Shown one piece after another: positions 1 to 9,762 of a stretch of 64,000 nucleotides of DNA. The translations under genes and the position numbers were made by a program. How positions within the stretch are numbered: the first letter of the stretch is position 1; the number at the start of each line of letters is the position of its first letter. The notes under the pieces are model-generated. The model was not told the DNA's origin and made no database searches. It worked only from the letters and a program-made list of their open reading frames with translations. Source of the DNA: an uncultured Lachnospiraceae bacterium (lineage in GTDB: Bacteria; Bacillota; Clostridia; Lachnospirales; Lachnospiraceae); contig CANRFZ010000015.1 in assembly GCA_947630025.1 (NCBI GenBank), forward strand, positions 4,333 through 68,332, read 5' to 3'.

Positions 1-596
1 TCGCTGCGGCGCATCACCGCTCCCATTCTGTCATCCCACCGGGCGAGCCACGCCGGAGAACCGGCGTCTGCAGGGTTCAGCAGATAAAAGGCGTCCAGAC
101 TCCCCACCGCCGCCAGCAGATACGCCGTATCGACAACGGCCCGATCCTCTGCCGCGCCTGTAGCAGACGTTTCCCCGGCCTCCGCCGTCCGGCTGCCGTC
201 GGCGATCTGCTCCAGCCGGGCACATTCCTTGAACACGCCCTGTCCGATCCCGATCCTGCGGTAAGGGAGCGTGAGCTTCTGCAGATTCGTACAGTACGCG
301 AAAGCCCAGTCGTCTATGTGCGCCACGGTGTCGGGCAGGCGGATCTCCCGCAGCGTCTTGTTGCTTAAGAAAGCTTTCCTGCCGATGCGGGTGACGGCAT
401 AACCGTCTATTTCGGCGGGAACCGCAAGCCGCATATCCCGGCCCCGGTAGCCCGTGATCTCTATTTCCGCCCCTGCTCTCTCCCCGGACGGCGCCCCTGC
501 GGAATCCGCCTGCGGCCCGGAAGCCTCAGACGGCTCGCACAGGCGGTAGGTCAGGACGCCCTGCGGCGTATCGCTCTCTCCTCTTACGATGCTCAT
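1..596 (-). CDS. Leucine-rich repeat (BspA/LRR_5-type) protein, truncated by the window edge
   Basis: Manual translation from ATG at 596 (ATGA overlap with the upstream stop): MSIVRGESDT...EITGYRGRDMRLAVPAEIDGYAVTRIGRKAFLSNKTLREIRLPDTVAHIDDWAFAYCTNLQKLTLP, typical BspA-type repeats. Absent from the ORF track because its stop lies outside the window. Confidence 0.8.
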   Translation of the reverse strand, partial: MSIVRGESDTPQGVLTYRLCEPSEASGPQADSAGAPSGERAGAEIEITGYRGRDMRLAVPAEIDGYAVTRIGRKAFLSNKTLREIRLPDTVAHIDDWAFAYCTNLQKLTLPYRRIGIGQGVFKECARLEQIADGSRTAEAGETSATGAAEDRAVVDTAYLLAAVGSLDAFYLLNPADAGSPAWLARWDDRMGAVMRRS

Positions 597-2110
597 AATT
601 CCAGCGCCTCGATCTGTGATAACAGTTCCGTGCCGCGCTCCGTCAGCATCAGCTCCTCGTTATGCCGCCTGTAGTCCTCGCTGCCGTACATACCGATAAA
701 CTTCGCGCAGTCCGTCTGCACCGTGCACTCCGTCACCAGAATCAGCATCTCGCTGCCCTGTCCGAACACATCCTCCACGAACGCGAACAGGCAGTGCAGC
801 CGGTTCTGCACCGCAGCCGTTTCCGTCTTGTACGCCGCCACGCGCCCGTCAAAGAGCTGCTTTATAGCGGCAAAAGCCTCTCCGCCGTCCGAATACCCCT
901 GCGATTTGATCTTTTTCTCGCAGGCAGACAGAAATTTTACAATCTCCCTGTCTTTGTATTTCTCCCGATCCGACAACGCTCCGGCGGTCTGCCGCGCCTC
1001 CATGGAACTCTGCCGCGCCTGCTCCTGCTGCCCTAACAGCGACGCCAGACTTTCCGCGTCCGCGCCGTCCTGCGCCTTTGCTTTGAGCGCCTTCAGCGGG
1101 CGCATCACTTCCGTCAGGATTTCCGACTGTTGTATGTTTTCCTTGATGTCCTGTCTGATCCTGTCCAGCAGCATTCCCATCAGCGACAGTCTCTCGTCGA
1201 ACCCCGCCCGGCGCGCCCTGTCTCTGGCCTGCCCGTCGGCAGCGCCCTGCAGAATCTCCTCCACTTTGTAGTCATTCTTGTATTTCCGGTACAGATCGTA
1301 GTAGGCGCAAAATTCCTTTACCACTCTGTCGCTGCGCAGATATTGTCCCACCAGCGTTTCCTCCACGGGAATCTTTTCCTCCTCGTAGAGCATCAGCATC
1401 CGGGACAGATCCTCCCAGCCGCGCGCGGTGATGTAACTCCGGCCCTTGACCGTCGTCTCCACCTGATAGAAATCTTCTTTTTTCAGATCGAGGTAATTGA
1501 GGATCGCCGTGTGGATGCCCTGTTCGGCGGCGTACTCTTTCCATACGGCGTAGTCGGCCTCCACCTCCATGATTTTCAGGCGGTCCATCGTCACCACGTC
1601 AAACTCGCGCACCGATTTATTGTACTCCGGCGGGTTGCCGGCGGTCACGATCACCCAGCCCTCCGGCACCCTGTGTCTGCCGAACACCTTGTACTGCAGA
1701 AACTGCAGCATGGACGGCGCCAGCGTCTCCGACACACAGTTGATCTCGTCCAGAAAGAGGATACCCTCCCGGATACCGCTCTGCTCCATCACGTCATAGA
1801 CCGACGCGATAATCTCGCTCATCGTGTATTCCGTCACGTCATAGGACGTGCCCTCGTATTCCCTGTGTGTGATAAAAGGAAGTCCCAGCGCCGACTGTCT
1901 GGTGTGGTGCGTCATGGAATAGGACACCAGCGCGATGCCGAGTTCCTGCGCGATCTGCTCCATCACCGCGGTCTTGCCGATGCCCGGCGCGCCCAGCAGG
2001 AAGATCGGCCTCTGCCTGACGACGGGAATCCGGTACTCGCCGTCGGCATCTTTTTTCAGATAAATCCTGACCGTGTCCTTGATATAATTCTTTGCCTCTT
2101 TGATATTCAT
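593..2110 (-). CDS. MoxR-like AAA+ ATPase with C-terminal helical/coiled-coil region
   Basis: Walker A GAPGIGKT, Walker B ILFLDEIN, sensor TAGNP; GGAGG RBS upstream of ATG at 2110; adjacent to a vWA gene. Confidence 0.85.
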   Translation of the reverse strand: MNIKEAKNYIKDTVRIYLKKDADGEYRIPVVRQRPIFLLGAPGIGKTAVMEQIAQELGIALVSYSMTHHTRQSALGLPFITHREYEGTSYDVTEYTMSEIIASVYDVMEQSGIREGILFLDEINCVSETLAPSMLQFLQYKVFGRHRVPEGWVIVTAGNPPEYNKSVREFDVVTMDRLKIMEVEADYAVWKEYAAEQGIHTAILNYLDLKKEDFYQVETTVKGRSYITARGWEDLSRMLMLYEEEKIPVEETLVGQYLRSDRVVKEFCAYYDLYRKYKNDYKVEEILQGAADGQARDRARRAGFDERLSLMGMLLDRIRQDIKENIQQSEILTEVMRPLKALKAKAQDGADAESLASLLGQQEQARQSSMEARQTAGALSDREKYKDREIVKFLSACEKKIKSQGYSDGGEAFAAIKQLFDGRVAAYKTETAAVQNRLHCLFAFVEDVFGQGSEMLILVTECTVQTDCAKFIGMYGSEDYRRHNEELMLTERGTELLSQIEALEL

Positions 2111-2111
2111 G

Positions 2112-3413
2112 TCAACTGTGCTCCTCCAGACTTTCTTCCTCCAGCACGATTCTGATCGCCCACGGCGGCACCTTGGGCGCGTTCTCGTCCTCCCCGACAA
2201 AGACGAACGCCACGTCGTAATCGGGCATCCGCTCCGGATAGACGCCGTAGCCGTCGGTAAAATAGATCAGTCCTTTCAGGTTGTCAAACTCTCCGTCCGC
2301 CCGCAGCTTCTCCACATGGTCGAACACCGGACGGAAGTCCGTGGAGCCGAATCCCGTCAGCTTTCCGTTCAGCAGAAAGGCGTCAAATTCCCGCCTGTCC
2401 GTGATCCTGATATCCTGTCTGACCTCGCTGTCGCACTGTATGATGTGCACGTTGATTTTGCTGAAAAAATGCTCCTGCGCCTGCATGATATTGTAGGTTT
2501 TCTGCAGAAAAGACTGCACGATATGGCCCCTGCAGGACGCCGACGTGTCCAGCGCAATCACAAAATCCCTGATTTTATTGGCGTCTTTGTACTCTAACGG
2601 CTCAATCAGCGGCATATTGCCGTAGGTGTCCAGCCCATAGGTGTAGTAGATATAGTCAAATTCATCGTCGTTGATCTGGATGGACTCGCCCATAACCATG
2701 AATTTCTTGAGGAAGCTGCCGTAGTCGTAACGCTCTCTGGTGGCCTCTTTCAGATTCTGCTCCATGCCGGCGGCGTCGTTTCTGTCCCGGCTGAAACTCT
2801 TTAAGTCCGCCTTGATGCGCTCGCTCAGCTTCCGCCATTCCGCCTGCGAAAGCTCCAGTTCCTCCTGCCTGTCCCAATAGATATGTTCGTCGTAGTGGCA
2901 TAGCTTATGCCACATCTTAGCCGCCTTCTCCGACGGCTCCTCGATGCGGAAATGCCTGTATATCTTCTCCGCCGTCAGACCGCCCGCCTGCTTCGCCAAG
3001 ACTTCCAGCCGGCCTCTGAGTTCATCGTCCGAGGACAGGCCGGTGACAGGCAGCCCCATATCCAGAATCACATTCTCCACCGCGATGTCCGTCGCCATAT
3101 CCCAGCAGGGCCGGTTCATCCTGTCCGCCGCAAAGCCGTGGTAAAAAATGCAGTGCAATAGCGTGTGAAGATACAGTCTGGCGGCATAGTGCGGCTCTCT
3201 TTGATAATAGGCCAGCAACAGCGCCGGATCATAATAAAGCGCCGCCCCGTCAAAGAGCTGCGCGCCTGTTCCCTCCCTGCAGACCACCTGCAGTCTGGAC
3301 AACGCCACGTCGAGGAACCGCATATTCACCAGTATGCCGTCGTGGGCGAGCCGCATCACTTCGGCGGCCAGCCCGCGGATCTGCGTCTGCCTGTCTGTTC
3401 CGTCAGTCGTCAT
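2112..3413 (-). CDS. DUF2201-type metallopeptidase-like N-terminal domain plus vWA domain protein
   Basis: HTLLHCIFYH in the HExxH position, MIDAS DTSAS, GFGSTDFRPVF and YFTDGYG motifs; start at MTTDG after AGGAG RBS. Confidence 0.8.
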   Translation of the reverse strand: MTTDGTDRQTQIRGLAAEVMRLAHDGILVNMRFLDVALSRLQVVCREGTGAQLFDGAALYYDPALLLAYYQREPHYAARLYLHTLLHCIFYHGFAADRMNRPCWDMATDIAVENVILDMGLPVTGLSSDDELRGRLEVLAKQAGGLTAEKIYRHFRIEEPSEKAAKMWHKLCHYDEHIYWDRQEELELSQAEWRKLSERIKADLKSFSRDRNDAAGMEQNLKEATRERYDYGSFLKKFMVMGESIQINDDEFDYIYYTYGLDTYGNMPLIEPLEYKDANKIRDFVIALDTSASCRGHIVQSFLQKTYNIMQAQEHFFSKINVHIIQCDSEVRQDIRITDRREFDAFLLNGKLTGFGSTDFRPVFDHVEKLRADGEFDNLKGLIYFTDGYGVYPERMPDYDVAFVFVGEDENAPKVPPWAIRIVLEEESLEEHS

Positions 3414-3433
3414 CTTCTCCTGTGTCCGCCTTC

Positions 3434-4063
3434 CTAACAAAAGGGATTGTACTGTTTCTCGTGCCCGATGGATGTGGCGTCGCCGTGGCCCGGATAGACT
3501 TTCGTCTCGTCCGGCAGCGCAAACAGTTTTTCTTTGACGGAGCGCACCAGCGCCCCCATGCTGCCCGTAGGCAGATCCGTCCTGCCTACCGACTCCGCAA
3601 AGAGTGTATCGCCCGCGATCAGGAAACCGGACTCCCCGAAATAGTAGCAGCAGCTTCCCTGGGTATGCCCCGGCGTGGCGATCGTCCGGCAGGTCATGTC
3701 CGCTATCGTGATCTCCTCGCCGTCCTGCAGATAGCGGTCGGGAGCCACCGTACACGCCCTGCCCGCCTGCGCCGACACGTTCAGCGCGGCGTCCTCACAG
3801 AGCGCCTTCTCCTGCTCATAGGCATATAGCGGCGCGCCTGTCAGCTCTTTTAGCCTGTTGCAGCCCCAGATATGGTCAAAATGGGCGTGCGTCAGCAGGA
3901 TGCCTTTGACGCAGAACCCTTGCTTCTGCAGTGTCTCATAGATGTGGTCGCCCCGGTCCGCCGGATCGAAAACAAGCACTTCCTTGCCGCCTTCGCGGTA
4001 CACAAAATAGCAGTTTGTCTGTACGCTGCCGATCACCATTCTTCCTATCTTCAAATCCGCCAT
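3434..4063 (-). CDS. MBL-fold metallo-hydrolase (glyoxalase II-like)
   Basis: THAHFDH, TPGHT, GDTLF and PGHG motifs; typical position downstream of relA. Confidence 0.9.
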   Translation of the reverse strand: MADLKIGRMVIGSVQTNCYFVYREGGKEVLVFDPADRGDHIYETLQKQGFCVKGILLTHAHFDHIWGCNRLKELTGAPLYAYEQEKALCEDAALNVSAQAGRACTVAPDRYLQDGEEITIADMTCRTIATPGHTQGSCCYYFGESGFLIAGDTLFAESVGRTDLPTGSMGALVRSVKEKLFALPDETKVYPGHGDATSIGHEKQYNPFC

Positions 4064-4197
4064 CGCCGCCCTGCCTCTTTCTATTTCTTTCTATCGCTTC
4101 TTACTTTTCGGTTTTTACTTTGATCTTTTTCTCTACTGTTTATGCTCCGTCTGTGCCGCCCGTCGCAGGCCGCCTCCCGGAAGCGTTGCCGCCTGCA

Positions 4198-6519
4198 TCA
4201 GCCCGTCGTTCTCTCGATATCGATCACGCTCTCGATGGTTCTGATCTTGTCGATGATGCGCTGCAGCTCCTCTCTGCTGCTGATCTCGAAGCTGACCATG
4301 ATCGTCGCCGTGCCCTGTTTGCTGACTCTGGTGCTGAGCGACAGAATATCGATATTCTTCTCCGTCAGCGCCTTGGAGACATCCGCCAGCAGGCCGTTGC
4401 GGTTATTGGCAAAGATGCTGATCTCGACCAGATATTTGCCTTCCGTCTCCTCCGCCTGCTGCCACTCGGCGTCGATCAGGCGGTTGCGGTCGATCTCCGG
4501 CAGGTTCATGATGTTCAGGCAGTCCGTTCTGTGGATGGAGATGCCCCTGCCTCTGGTGACAAACCCGACGATCTCATCCCCCGGCACCGGGCTGCAGCAT
4601 TTGGAAAAGCGCACCGCCACGTCATGGATTCCCTTGACCACGATGCCGTTGGTGCTCTTTGGCCCCCTGTCACGGTTCTGCTGGGCGTTCTCCTCCACCT
4701 CCGCCATGACTTCCGCGTCGGTCATCTCCCTGCGGTGGTCGCTCTCATACATCTCCTGCATACGGTTGAGGATCTGGCCTTCCTTCAGGCCGCCGTGCCC
4801 TACGGCTGCCAGAACGGAATCCCAATCCTGAAAACCGTATTTTTTCATAACGGCTTCCTGATACTTCACGTTCAGCAGATCCGGCAGATTGATGCTTTTC
4901 GCCTTGCAGTACGCCTGCATCAGTTCCTTGCCCTTGGTGATATTGTCCTCTTTTAACTCATGCTTAAACCACTGGTTGATCTTGTTCTTGGCCTGCGTGC
5001 TCTTGACCACGTTCAGCCAGTCCCGGCTGGGCCCCTTGGAGTTTTGCGAGGTCATGATCTCCACCCGGTCGCCGTTCTTGATCTCGTAGTCGATCGTCAC
5101 CAGCTTGCCGTTGACGCGGGCGCCGATCATCCGGTTGCCCACCGCCGTGTGGATACTGTATGCAAAATCAATCGTCGTAGAGCCGGCAGGCAGATTTTTG
5201 ACGTCGCCCGTGGGCGTGAAGCAGTACACCTGATCGGAAAAGAGGTTCAGATCGCTTTTCAGCAGATTCATGAACTCCCTGTTGTCCTCCGCGGTCTGCT
5301 GCCACTCCAAAATCTGCCGCAGCCATACCAGCTTCTCCTCCTCCTGCGTCTCCACCTTTTTGCCGTCGGAGGCTTCCTTGTATTTCCAGTGGGCGGCGAT
5401 ACCGTATTCCGCCGCCTTGTGCATCTCGTAAGTGCGGATCTGGATCTCAAAAGGCTGCCCGCTGGTGCCGATCAGCGTCGTGTGCAGCGACTGGTACATA
5501 TTGGCCTTGGGCATCGCGATATAATCCTTGAAACGCCCCGGTATCGGCTTATACATCTCATGGATCACGCCCAGCGCCGCATAACAGTCCTTGACGGAAT
5601 CCACAATGATGCGCACCGCGAACAGGTCATAGATCTGGTCTATGGTCTTATTCTGGTTGACCATTTTCTTATAGATACTGAAAAAATGCTTGATGCGTCC
5701 GTCGATCTGCGCCTTGATGCCCGCGCGCTCGATATGCTCGCTGACCTCGTCCACAATCGTCTGGATATACTGCTCGCGCACGCTCTTGCGCACCGCGATC
5801 TTATCCACCAGATCGTAGTAGGCTTCCGGTTTCAGGTATTTTAACGAGAGATCGTCCAGCTCCACCTTGATCTTGGAAATGCCGAGCCGCTGCGCGATAG
5901 GCGAATAGATGTCCAGCGTCTCCCGCGCGATCTCCTGCTGTTTCTCCGGCCTCATATGCTGCAGCGTCCTCATATTGTGCAGCCTGTCGGCCAGCTTGAT
6001 CAGAATCACGCGGATGTCCTTGGCCATCGCCAGAAACATCTTGCGCAGATTTTCCGCCTGCCGCTCCAGCTTCTCCGCGTCCCTGTCTCTGTCGCCGTGG
6101 TTTTCCCCATGGAAATTCAGCTTATCCAGTTTCGTAACGCCGTCCACCAGAAGCGCCACATCCGCGCCGAACATCTCCTTGATCTGCTCGTCGGTCATAA
6201 TGGTGTCTTCCACCACATCATGCAGAAGCCCTGCCACGATCGTCTCTTTGTCCATCTCCAGATCCGCCAGAATGATCGCCACACACAACGGATGGATGAT
6301 ATAAGGCTCCCCCGACTTACGCACCTGCTCCTTGTGGGCCTCATACGCGATATGGTATGCCTTCTCGATCAGGGAGATGTCGTCGGACGGATGATATCTG
6401 CGCACACGGTCAATCAGTTCCTCGTAGAGTGTCTCGGGGGACTGAAATTCTTCGATCGATTCAATTCTTCCGTCATCGATTATCACTTCGCGTTTTTCTT
6501 CTGTCGCCATAGCCATCAC
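4198..6519 (-). CDS. relA: Bifunctional (p)ppGpp synthetase/hydrolase RelA/SpoT
   Basis: RKSGEPYIIHP, LLHDVVED (HD), KLADRLHNMRTL, YQSLHT, EIQIRT; TGS and ACT domains. Start may be 6513. Confidence 0.97.
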   Translation of the reverse strand: MMAMATEEKREVIIDDGRIESIEEFQSPETLYEELIDRVRRYHPSDDISLIEKAYHIAYEAHKEQVRKSGEPYIIHPLCVAIILADLEMDKETIVAGLLHDVVEDTIMTDEQIKEMFGADVALLVDGVTKLDKLNFHGENHGDRDRDAEKLERQAENLRKMFLAMAKDIRVILIKLADRLHNMRTLQHMRPEKQQEIARETLDIYSPIAQRLGISKIKVELDDLSLKYLKPEAYYDLVDKIAVRKSVREQYIQTIVDEVSEHIERAGIKAQIDGRIKHFFSIYKKMVNQNKTIDQIYDLFAVRIIVDSVKDCYAALGVIHEMYKPIPGRFKDYIAMPKANMYQSLHTTLIGTSGQPFEIQIRTYEMHKAAEYGIAAHWKYKEASDGKKVETQEEEKLVWLRQILEWQQTAEDNREFMNLLKSDLNLFSDQVYCFTPTGDVKNLPAGSTTIDFAYSIHTAVGNRMIGARVNGKLVTIDYEIKNGDRVEIMTSQNSKGPSRDWLNVVKSTQAKNKINQWFKHELKEDNITKGKELMQAYCKAKSINLPDLLNVKYQEAVMKKYGFQDWDSVLAAVGHGGLKEGQILNRMQEMYESDHRREMTDAEVMAEVEENAQQNRDRGPKSTNGIVVKGIHDVAVRFSKCCSPVPGDEIVGFVTRGRGISIHRTDCLNIMNLPEIDRNRLIDAEWQQAEETEGKYLVEISIFANNRNGLLADVSKALTEKNIDILSLSTRVSKQGTATIMVSFEISSREELQRIIDKIRTIESVIDIERTTG

Positions 6520-6582
6520 CGGTCATCTCTATTGTTCCTGCCGGCCGTGCGAACCCGCCGTCCGCCGCGCCTAATACATTAT

Positions 6583-6611
6583 ATTATACTTATATCATAT
6601 GAAATCTTCAA
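6583..6611 (-). promoter_or_regulatory. Sigma-A type promoter of relA
   Basis: TTGAAG-17 bp-TATAAT on the minus strand. Confidence 0.6.
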
Positions 6612-6656
6612 GATTATCCGTGCAGATGGGAAAAAATTTTTTCTTTCAGGCGCATC

Positions 6657-6692
6657 AAAAAAGAGATGAAACACCTCTCTGGGTTTCATCTC
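6657..6692 (-). terminator. Intrinsic terminator after the zinc-ribbon operon
   Basis: GAGATGAAAC...GTTTCATCTC stem followed by a T-run on the minus strand. Confidence 0.65.
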
Positions 6693-6733
6693 CTCACGGC
6701 GGCATCCGCCGCCTGCTAAAGCGGCGGAACAAC

Positions 6734-7306
6734 CTAATACAGGCTATATATCCCATATTTACCGTCTACCTTCACAACAACCGCACAACAAAAATCGGTG
6801 TCTCCGTCCCAATCAATGCGGCAGGTCACCATGTAACCCTTGCCGGAAATGTCAAAGTCATCCGCATCACAATCATATATGTCCGCATAATTTTCCACAA
6901 GTTCTTCCAGCACATCCCTGTTTTCTTTGCCGCCGAGTCTGGTCACACTGATAATGTCTTCCAATTCAATATCCTCGGAATTATCCCTATCCTCGATCTC
7001 CTCCGCCAGATCCTCCGGATAATATTCTTCCCAATCTACATCGTCTCCAGCGATGCCTTCCAACATTTCCCTAACGGCTTTTTTTGCTTTGTGGCGGCCT
7101 CCCAAAAATACGGTGCACAAAACAACCGCCAGCACAACGATTACCGCTATGGCAACAATCAGAACCGCCGCCATAGGGAGCCCGTTGTGCCCCTGCCGTG
7201 TTTTACGTCTTTGCCCCGCGCCTCCGCCGGCCTGATTATTGTAGCCGGATGCCTGTCCGAATCCATACCCGCCGATATCGGGGATCGCATTAAAATTGTT
7301 TTCCAT
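6734..7306 (-). CDS. Hypothetical single-pass membrane protein with acidic C-terminal domain
   Basis: ORF with one hydrophobic stretch (AAVLIVAIAVIVVLAVVLCTVFL); AAGGAG RBS upstream of MENNF. Confidence 0.7.
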   Translation of the reverse strand: MENNFNAIPDIGGYGFGQASGYNNQAGGGAGQRRKTRQGHNGLPMAAVLIVAIAVIVVLAVVLCTVFLGGRHKAKKAVREMLEGIAGDDVDWEEYYPEDLAEEIEDRDNSEDIELEDIISVTRLGGKENRDVLEELVENYADIYDCDADDFDISGKGYMVTCRIDWDGDTDFCCAVVVKVDGKYGIYSLY

Positions 7307-7322
7307 CGCTTCTGTTTCTCCT

Positions 7323-8075
7323 TCACTGTCTCTCAAATTTTATCGTTTCTCCAAAAAAGTCTATCTTTAACGTATCTTCCGTCACGGTATAGTCAGCCGT
7401 GTAGTTGGCGCTCAATGACGGAATGGAAGTGCCGAAAAGACTGAAGCCATCCGTTCTGACCGTGATAATCACCCTGTCGTCTCCCATCTCCTCATATTCC
7501 AAACTGAAAAGAGTTCCTATAGAAAAACTGTCTATCCCCAGATAAATACTTCCAGAAGGCGTAAACGTAACCGTCATGCTTCCCAGAATATCATCCAGCC
7601 CCAGATACTCGATCAGCCCTTCGGCAATATCATCCGGCAGGCCGAGCACATCTGCCAGCATTTCATACAATATCCTCTCGCCGTTTACCGCGTCCTCGCT
7701 TTTCCACTCTCCCACGATGGAAGCCTTCTCGTCTTCGTCTTTCGATTTGTGTGATTTTCTGACGGCAGATACGGTCAAAACCGCCATACCCGCCACCGCA
7801 GCCGCAGCCAGAATCGCGATGACGCTTATCAGCAGTATTTTCTTTGTTTTTCCGTCCATTCCTTTCTTCTCCGGACGAGTCTGCCTGTTGTACTGCCACG
7901 CGCCGATATCCATCCCCGGCATCATCTGTTGTGTGTGTTCTGCGCCTTGGCTTCCCGGCGCTCTGCCATAGATGCCGGTATCTGTATTCGCACCGCCTGC
8001 GCCGGAAACAGCGCCGCACTTCGGACAAAACTTTGCGTTGTCGCTGATTTTACTGCCGCATTTTTTACAAAACAT
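7323..8075 (-). CDS. Zinc-ribbon domain membrane protein
   Basis: N-terminal MFCKKCG...FCPKCG, one TM helix, IVGEW-type C-terminal domain. Confidence 0.8.
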   Translation of the reverse strand: MFCKKCGSKISDNAKFCPKCGAVSGAGGANTDTGIYGRAPGSQGAEHTQQMMPGMDIGAWQYNRQTRPEKKGMDGKTKKILLISVIAILAAAAVAGMAVLTVSAVRKSHKSKDEDEKASIVGEWKSEDAVNGERILYEMLADVLGLPDDIAEGLIEYLGLDDILGSMTVTFTPSGSIYLGIDSFSIGTLFSLEYEEMGDDRVIITVRTDGFSLFGTSIPSLSANYTADYTVTEDTLKIDFFGETIKFERQ

Positions 8076-8166
8076 ATGTATCTCTCCTATTCCACTTTCC
8101 CCTTCCTATGCGGCCTTTCTCTGCCGCTCCCTGCGTTGTCCGGCTTTCCGCCGCGTGTTTACGCCG

Positions 8167-8601
8167 TTATTGTACCTTGGCGCCGCAGACCGTGCAGAAC
8201 AGGCTGCCGGATTCAAGCTCCGCCCCGCACTTAGCGCACCGGTTCGTATTGGGCAGGAAAGACACTGCCGCCCCTTCCTCTTTCTCATCCGCTCTTTTGC
8301 CGCAGTGCCCGCAGAAAACACTCCCGTAGGGAATGATTGCGCCGCAGTTCTCGCACATCATCTGGCCCTCCAGCCGCAGTTTGTTCTTATAGAAGCCGAT
8401 TCTGTTTCGGGACAGTTTATTGATAATATCGACGATTTCGCCGTATGCCGGGTCGCCTGCCGCATTATCCTTATGCTGCTCATAATACAACTGTCCCAGC
8501 CGGAAAATCTTCTGATAAATCTGTTCTTCCACATCAGAAATGTTGCTCATGATCATATCCATCTCTGTAGGCGCTTTATTGTTTTCATTAAATATACTCA
8601 T
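8167..8601 (-). CDS. Double zinc-ribbon protein
   Basis: CENCG..FCGHCG and CAKCG..FCTVCG pairs after a helical N-terminus. Confidence 0.8.
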   Translation of the reverse strand: MSIFNENNKAPTEMDMIMSNISDVEEQIYQKIFRLGQLYYEQHKDNAAGDPAYGEIVDIINKLSRNRIGFYKNKLRLEGQMMCENCGAIIPYGSVFCGHCGKRADEKEEGAAVSFLPNTNRCAKCGAELESGSLFCTVCGAKVQ

Positions 8602-8645
8602 ATTTCTCCCCTTTCTCCGAATGTATTTTACTGGCCGACAGACTC

Positions 8646-8685
8646 ATTATACTCAATATATTAAGCATAGTCAAGAAATTAAGTA
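8646..8685 (-). promoter_or_regulatory. Promoter of the zinc-ribbon operon overlapped by two tandem 18-bp imperfect palindromes (probable XRE operators)
   Basis: TTGACT-17-TATAAT on minus; TACTCAATATATTAAGCA (8650-8667) and TAGTCAAGAAATTAAGTA (8668-8685). Confidence 0.55.
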
Positions 8686-8721
8686 TGTTATTGTAACCAT
8701 AAGGAACAGAGGTGAGCGTAT

Positions 8722-8925
8722 TTGATTTCTTATGAGCCGTTATTTGAGACCATGAAGAAAAAAGGCATTACAGAATATCACTTGATCTATAAAGAGGGAA
8801 TGTCCGCAAATACAATTCACCGTATCAAGAAAGGGCTTCCTTTTACAACGGAAACGCTGGATACGCTCTGCTATATACTGGACTGTGAAGTATCGGATAT
8901 CTTAAAACATGACAAAACAAAATAA
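8722..8925 (+). CDS. Small XRE/Cro-C1 family HTH regulator
   Basis: MISYEPLFETMKKKGITEYHL...TTETLDTLCYILDCEVSDIL; GAGGTG RBS before a TTG start. Confidence 0.85.
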   Translation: MISYEPLFETMKKKGITEYHLIYKEGMSANTIHRIKKGLPFTTETLDTLCYILDCEVSDILKHDKTK

Positions 8926-8997
8926 GCGTCCGGATCGGCCCAAATAAAAAAGGCCGCCTGCCGGTCAGCCGTGCGCCCTTTTCATTTCGTTATAAAC

Positions 8998-9477
8998 TTA
9001 CAGGTCATGGTAATAAAGACATATATTCTCATAATGTCCGTCTTTCATGCGGAATCCCCGCGGAATCGTGCCGAGCTGCTTAAATCCCAGCCGTTCGTAA
9101 AGATGCCTCGCATGAATGTTGCTTTCGACGACGGCGTTAAATTGTAAGACCGAGAATCCCAGCTCTTTTCCCTTTTGCAGACAGTCCAGAACCAGCTTTT
9201 CGCCGATGTGCCGTCCGCGTACACCCGAAGCGACCGCATAGCTTGCGTTGCAAATATGGCCGCATCTTCCGATATTGTTGGGATGTAGGATATAGAGTCC
9301 GACGATCTTTCCGTCGGCTTCGGCCACTCCGGTATAGCTTTGCGCGGAGAAAAAGTCCCTGCCGCTTTCCGGATCGAGATATTCTTCCTGTGGAAAAGCA
9401 GTCCCTTCCTCTACGACCTCATTCCAAATCCGGATCATTTCATGGATGTCTTGCTGGTTGTATGCTCTGATTTTCAT
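8998..9477 (-). CDS. GNAT family N-acetyltransferase
   Basis: RGRHIGEKLV acetyl-CoA motif and NIHARHLYERLGF; AGGAG RBS before MKIRAY. Confidence 0.9.
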   Translation of the reverse strand: MKIRAYNQQDIHEMIRIWNEVVEEGTAFPQEEYLDPESGRDFFSAQSYTGVAEADGKIVGLYILHPNNIGRCGHICNASYAVASGVRGRHIGEKLVLDCLQKGKELGFSVLQFNAVVESNIHARHLYERLGFKQLGTIPRGFRMKDGHYENICLYYHDL

Positions 9478-9550
9478 AATATTATTCTCCTGTGATTCTT
9501 CCTGACGCAATCTCGTATGTCACATCCGCCGGAACGGAGCGAGATTTTTC

Positions 9551-9682
9551 TTGCATCGGGCAGATTGATGTGCTATAATGCAGTCAGAAAAGGGAAAGCC
9601 AGAGAAGCGGCTACCCTCAAACAGTTAAACGCTATTTATACAAATAGCCGTCACTATTCGCAGTAGTGGCGGCTACTTCGTT
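9551..9682 (+). ncRNA. Putative type I antitoxin RNA (interval includes its promoter)
   Basis: TTGCAT-17-TATAAT with extended TG (9551-9579); hairpin TAGCCGTCACTA...TAGTGGCGGCTA (9645-9675) overlapping the toxin stop codon; convergent with a small hydrophobic ORF. Confidence 0.65.
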
Positions 9683-9762
9683 CCCCTGCCGATCTGATAA
9701 ATCAGACCAACTAGGGCGCAAATGAATATACAAAACTGAATCAGATCAGAATATGTAATCAT
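9673..9762 (-). CDS. Putative type I toxin, 29-aa membrane peptide
   Basis: MITYSDLIQFCIFICALVGLIYQIGRGTK; AAGGAGG RBS; own promoter TTGAAT-17-TAGAAT at 9854-9882. Confidence 0.75.
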   Translation of the reverse strand: MITYSDLIQFCIFICALVGLIYQIGRGTK

